Source: an uncultured Actinomycetes bacterium
GTDB lineage: Bacteria > Actinomycetota > Thermoleophilia > Gaiellales > JAICJC01
Reading direction: 5' to 3'
Assembly (NCBI GenBank): GCA_963717845.1
Contig: CAVQXH010000001.1
Location: 1,825,865-1,889,864 of the forward strand
DNA length: 64,000 bases
Shown here: positions 60,960 to 64,000 of the stretch, in pieces
Layout of the letters: each line of letters begins with the position of its first letter
Numbering within the stretch: position 1 is the stretch's first letter
Notes under the pieces: generated by a model
What the model was told of the DNA's origin: nothing
Database searches by the model: none
What the model saw: only the letters and a program-made list of their open reading frames with translations
Translations under genes and position numbers: made by a program

Positions 60960-61655
60960 CTAGGCCGGCGCCTGCGACTTCACGTACTCGATGTAGCCGC
61001 GCACGTCGGCGGCCGGCTCGGTGTAGGCGTCGCCGAGCGTGTCGGCCATCGCCTCCATGTACTCCTTCGCCCAGTCGGGCAGGTCGTAGTCGATCGAGGC
61101 GAGGAACTCGAGCGTCGCCGCGAGGCGGATGTCGGCCGTCGAGGGGTGGTCGCCGCCGATGAACTTCTTGCCGTCGAGGAAGAACGTGTGGTAGACGTCG
61201 AGCGGCTCGGCGAGCGCGGCCTCGGCGGCCTGCTGGGCCGCGGCCTTGGCCTCGGGGTCGGCGTCCGAGGAGCCCACCTCGCCCGGGTACTGCGGGAAGT
61301 TGAGCGTCGGATACGTCGCCCGCGCCACCAGTGGGTAGAGCGTCCCGATCAGGTAGAAGTTGGCGCTGTCGATCATCGCCCGCTGGCCCGGATCGCTCGG
61401 GTAGAACTGCTCGAGGCCGTGCGTGTTGCACAGGTAGGACATGATCGCGCAGCTCTCCCACAGGGTCGCCCGCGGCAGGCCGGCGTGCTCGATCATGGGG
61501 GTCAGGTGGGCCGGGTTCATGGCCAGGAACTCGGGGGTGCGCGTGTTCCCCCACGCGTCGATCTCCTCGCAGTCGAGCCCCGCCGCGCGGACGAAGATCC
61601 GGACGGTCAGGTTGTTCACGCTCGGCTTGAGCACGTGCATCTTCATTGCCGCCAT
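60960..61655 (-). CDS. glutathione S-transferase family protein
   Basis: 231-aa ORF with a thioredoxin-like N-domain (PEFLAMNPAHLTPMIEH..LWESCAIMSYL) and a helical C-domain (GGDHPSTADIRLAATLEF). Confidence 0.8.
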   Translation of the reverse strand: MAAMKMHVLKPSVNNLTVRIFVRAAGLDCEEIDAWGNTRTPEFLAMNPAHLTPMIEHAGLPRATLWESCAIMSYLCNTHGLEQFYPSDPGQRAMIDSANFYLIGTLYPLVARATYPTLNFPQYPGEVGSSDADPEAKAAAQQAAEAALAEPLDVYHTFFLDGKKFIGGDHPSTADIRLAATLEFLASIDYDLPDWAKEYMEAMADTLGDAYTEPAADVRGYIEYVKSQAPA

Positions 61656-61665
61656 CCCAGTCCTC

Positions 61666-62247
61666 CTAGTACGGGTCTTTCGGTGAGCGGTCGTCGGAGA
61701 GCGACGGCCGCGACCGCCTGATCATGTCCTCGATGGCATCTGCCAGGTGGATCTCGACGATGTTGCGATCTCCGCGCTGCTCGCGCAGCTTGTGCGCCTC
61801 GAGCAGGACGTCGGAGTGGGTGTAGCCGAAGGGCGGCTCGAAGCGGTAGGAGGCGAGCTCGATCAGGAGGCCGAGCGGGTCCTCGAAGTAGATCGAGTCC
61901 ATGAAGCCGCGGTCCTTGACGCCGCTGTGGGAGATCCCGCGCTCGTCGAGCCGCTCGACCGTCTGGTGGAACGTGGCCTGCGACAGCGAGAACGCGATGT
62001 GGTGCACGCAGCCGGGATCGGTCGCCGTCCGGGTGGGATCGGGCGTGCGCTCCTCGTTCGTGAAGATCGTGATCAGGCGGCCGTCGCCGGGGTCGAAGTA
62101 GAGGTGGCTCTCCGACGCGTTGTCGAGGTTGGGCTGCTCGAACACGAACGGCATGCCGAGGACGCCCTCCCAGAAGTCGATCGACGTCTGCCGGTTGGCG
62201 CCGACGATCGTGATGTGGTGCACGCCCTGGCTCTGGATCTTCCTCAT
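61666..62247 (-). CDS. VOC family ring-cleaving dioxygenase/glyoxalase-like protein
   Basis: GVHHITIVGANRQTSIDFWEGVLGMPFV..HLYFDPGDG..VHHIAFSLS..FMDSIYFEDPLGLLIELA. Confidence 0.8.
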   Translation of the reverse strand: MRKIQSQGVHHITIVGANRQTSIDFWEGVLGMPFVFEQPNLDNASESHLYFDPGDGRLITIFTNEERTPDPTRTATDPGCVHHIAFSLSQATFHQTVERLDERGISHSGVKDRGFMDSIYFEDPLGLLIELASYRFEPPFGYTHSDVLLEAHKLREQRGDRNIVEIHLADAIEDMIRRSRPSLSDDRSPKDPY

Positions 62248-62264
62248 AGTTGCGCCTGCAAAGG

Positions 62265-63716
62265 CTACTCCACCTGACGCGCACCCGCCTGCGCGATCAG
62301 CTCCAGCAGGTGCTCGCGGGCAGGCCCTGGCGCGGTCGTGCTCGCCGGCGGCTGGGCGCGGGCCGCCTTGAGCGCCCGGGCGCGGTCGATCACCGGGGTG
62401 TTGTGGGCGAGCGCGCCGACGGGGTCAAGCTGCATGTCGGCGCGCATGACCGCGCGGAAGACCTCGGCATCCTCCTCCGCGGCGGGGACCACGGTGCTCT
62501 CGACGAGGCCGATGCCGGTGTCGGGGTCGTCCCACTCCGGCTGGCCACGGTAGCGCCGGGCGGCGGCGCGGTCGCGGGCGAGCGAGAGCTCGTGCCGGCC
62601 GCGGATCTCGCCGCCGAGCCGCTCCTCGAAGGCAAGCGCCTGGGCCTCGTGGTCGCCGGGGTGCGCGGCGAGCAGGTCGACCAGCGTGACTGCGCTTACG
62701 AGCGCGACGCCTGAGCCCCAGGCGTAGAGCGAGTCGAGCTGGCAGCGGGCGTCGCCGATCACGTGCAGGCCGAGCGCCACGGGGCGGCCGTCGACGACGA
62801 AGTGGCGCAGCACGTTTCGCTCCTGCCCCATCGCCGCGACCGGGCCGATCGGCGTGGCCCGGCCGGGGTCGAGCCAGTCCTCGCTCTCGGGCAGCGTACG
62901 GGCGGCCGCCATGTGCACGGCCTCGTGGCGCAGGCCGCGCAGCTCGTGATCCCAGGCCGGCGGCGAGAGCTCGACGCAGAAGGTCGACGCGTCGGCGCCG
63001 AACAGCTCGTAGCTCATGTAGCCGGGGTCGCCCTCGACCGCGAGCCGCGCCGATACGCGGTGGTCCTCGCCGGGGCGCCGGTGGATGCGGAAGAACCGGG
63101 TGAAGGTGACGTAGCCGCACCCCTCCGAGAACTCCGCGGGCGCATGCGCGCCGATCGCCTCGAGCCAGCGCGGCACCGGCACGAGCCTGCCTCCGGCGAC
63201 GACCACGGTGCCGGCGGCAATGGCCCGCCCGTCGCGCGTGCGCACGCCCGTGACGCGGGGGACGCCCGGCATCGGCGACGGCTCCGCGACGAGCCCGGTC
63301 ACGTCGCACCCGGTGCGGATCGCGACCGTCGGCTCGGCCGCGACCGTCTGGCGGAGGATGCCCTCGAGCACCGCCCGCCGGCACATGATCGCGAGGAGCT
63401 CCGCGTCCTCGGGGCGGCGCTCGTCGCCCGGCATGTCGCGCGCGTAGTCCAGGAGGGGCGCCCCGGCCGCGTAGAGCCGCTCGACCACGTCGGGGGCGCG
63501 CTCGGTCAGCAGCATCCGGAAGCCCGGCAGGAACGTGTGGCCGAGCGGCGCCTGCGGGATCCCGGGCCGCTTCCACTCCGACCACATCTGCTCCGTCGCC
63601 GCCGGCACCTGGGCGGGGTCGCGCTCGCACAGGACCACCTCCCGCCCCTGCCGTCCCAGGAGCAGGGCGGTCGCAAGCCCGCCGATCCCGGCGCCGACGA
63701 TGACCACCTCTGCCAT
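62265..63716 (-). CDS. FAD-dependent oxidoreductase / flavoprotein monooxygenase-like
   Basis: VVIVGAGIGGLATALLLGRQGREVVLCERD (GxGxxG + acidic residue), and a later GDA motif (HVIGDARCQ). Intact 483-aa ORF. Confidence 0.8.
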   Translation of the reverse strand: MAEVVIVGAGIGGLATALLLGRQGREVVLCERDPAQVPAATEQMWSEWKRPGIPQAPLGHTFLPGFRMLLTERAPDVVERLYAAGAPLLDYARDMPGDERRPEDAELLAIMCRRAVLEGILRQTVAAEPTVAIRTGCDVTGLVAEPSPMPGVPRVTGVRTRDGRAIAAGTVVVAGGRLVPVPRWLEAIGAHAPAEFSEGCGYVTFTRFFRIHRRPGEDHRVSARLAVEGDPGYMSYELFGADASTFCVELSPPAWDHELRGLRHEAVHMAAARTLPESEDWLDPGRATPIGPVAAMGQERNVLRHFVVDGRPVALGLHVIGDARCQLDSLYAWGSGVALVSAVTLVDLLAAHPGDHEAQALAFEERLGGEIRGRHELSLARDRAAARRYRGQPEWDDPDTGIGLVESTVVPAAEEDAEVFRAVMRADMQLDPVGALAHNTPVIDRARALKAARAQPPASTTAPGPAREHLLELIAQAGARQVE

Positions 63717-63725
63717 CGGCCGAAT

Positions 63726-64000
63726 CTACTCGATGCCGAATTCCGCGCGGGCGGCGGCTGCAGAGACCGTGTTGCCCTTCCGCTCCCACAGCCGGACGGC
63801 ATCCCGCGCGGCACTCGTCGCGTCGTCCCGCCGGCCGGCGGCCCGCAGGACGATCGCGAGATCGAGCTGCGTGTCGGCGCGGTCGTGCAGATAGTCGGTG
63901 GAGGCCATCAGCGCCGCGGCGTCGAGGGCGAGCTGGACGGCCTCGTCGCAGCGGCCGTCGTGGGCGAGGACGCGGGCCCGGATCCTGCGCCAGACCGCCC
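63726..64000 (-). CDS. C-terminal end of a TPR-repeat protein (5' part lies beyond the window)
   Basis: The frame stays open from the window edge to the stop at 63726: ..RVLAHDGRCDEAVQLALDAAALMASTDYLHDRADTQLDLAIVLRAAGRRDDATSAARDAVRLWERKGN (TPR-like helices). Confidence 0.55.
   Translation of the reverse strand, partial: AVWRRIRARVLAHDGRCDEAVQLALDAAALMASTDYLHDRADTQLDLAIVLRAAGRRDDATSAARDAVRLWERKGNTVSAAAARAEFGIE

Overview
The window is very GC-rich (over 70% by eye) and densely coding. It looks like actinobacterial chromosomal DNA, possibly Thermoleophilia/Conexibacter-like, though that lineage call is low-confidence inference. I saw no rRNA, tRNA, CRISPR array, transposase or integrase.

About 65 genes can be supported:
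- Metabolism: pyruvate formate-lyase with its activase (pflB/pflA), a Cys-type sulfatase, proline dehydrogenase, two aldo/keto reductases, and a FabG-MaoC pair.
- Transport and resistance: a MarR-MFS pair, and an Erm-like rRNA methyltransferase followed by MFS, MMPL, HxlR and MFS genes.
- Signalling: an OmpR/HK two-component system, a broken NarL-type kinase with no cognate regulator, a GGDEF-EAL protein, and a stand-alone cNMP-binding protein.
- Stress response: a sigma-B/F-type partner-switching locus with two sigma factors, two STAS proteins, an RsbW kinase and a PAS-GAF-PP2C phosphatase.
- Other: a P2-type cation ATPase, three-domain LigD, an LCP protein, a Tat-Dyp peroxidase, and a GST-VOC-flavoprotein operon.

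The most unusual item is a roughly 1185-aa cytoplasmic fusion of a class III nucleotidyl cyclase, a STAND P-loop NTPase, TPR-like helices and a family-5 solute-binding domain. It is translationally coupled to an EamA transporter.

The second striking feature is about 25 reading-frame breaks, almost all +1 (single-base-insertion-like). About 20 of them fall in 17.7-28.1 kb, whereas many other genes of 2 kb or more are intact. This looks like a locally low-accuracy assembly stretch rather than natural gene decay, but it needs read-level checking.

Many long ORFs in the six-frame track are antisense or out-of-frame GC artefacts and were rejected.
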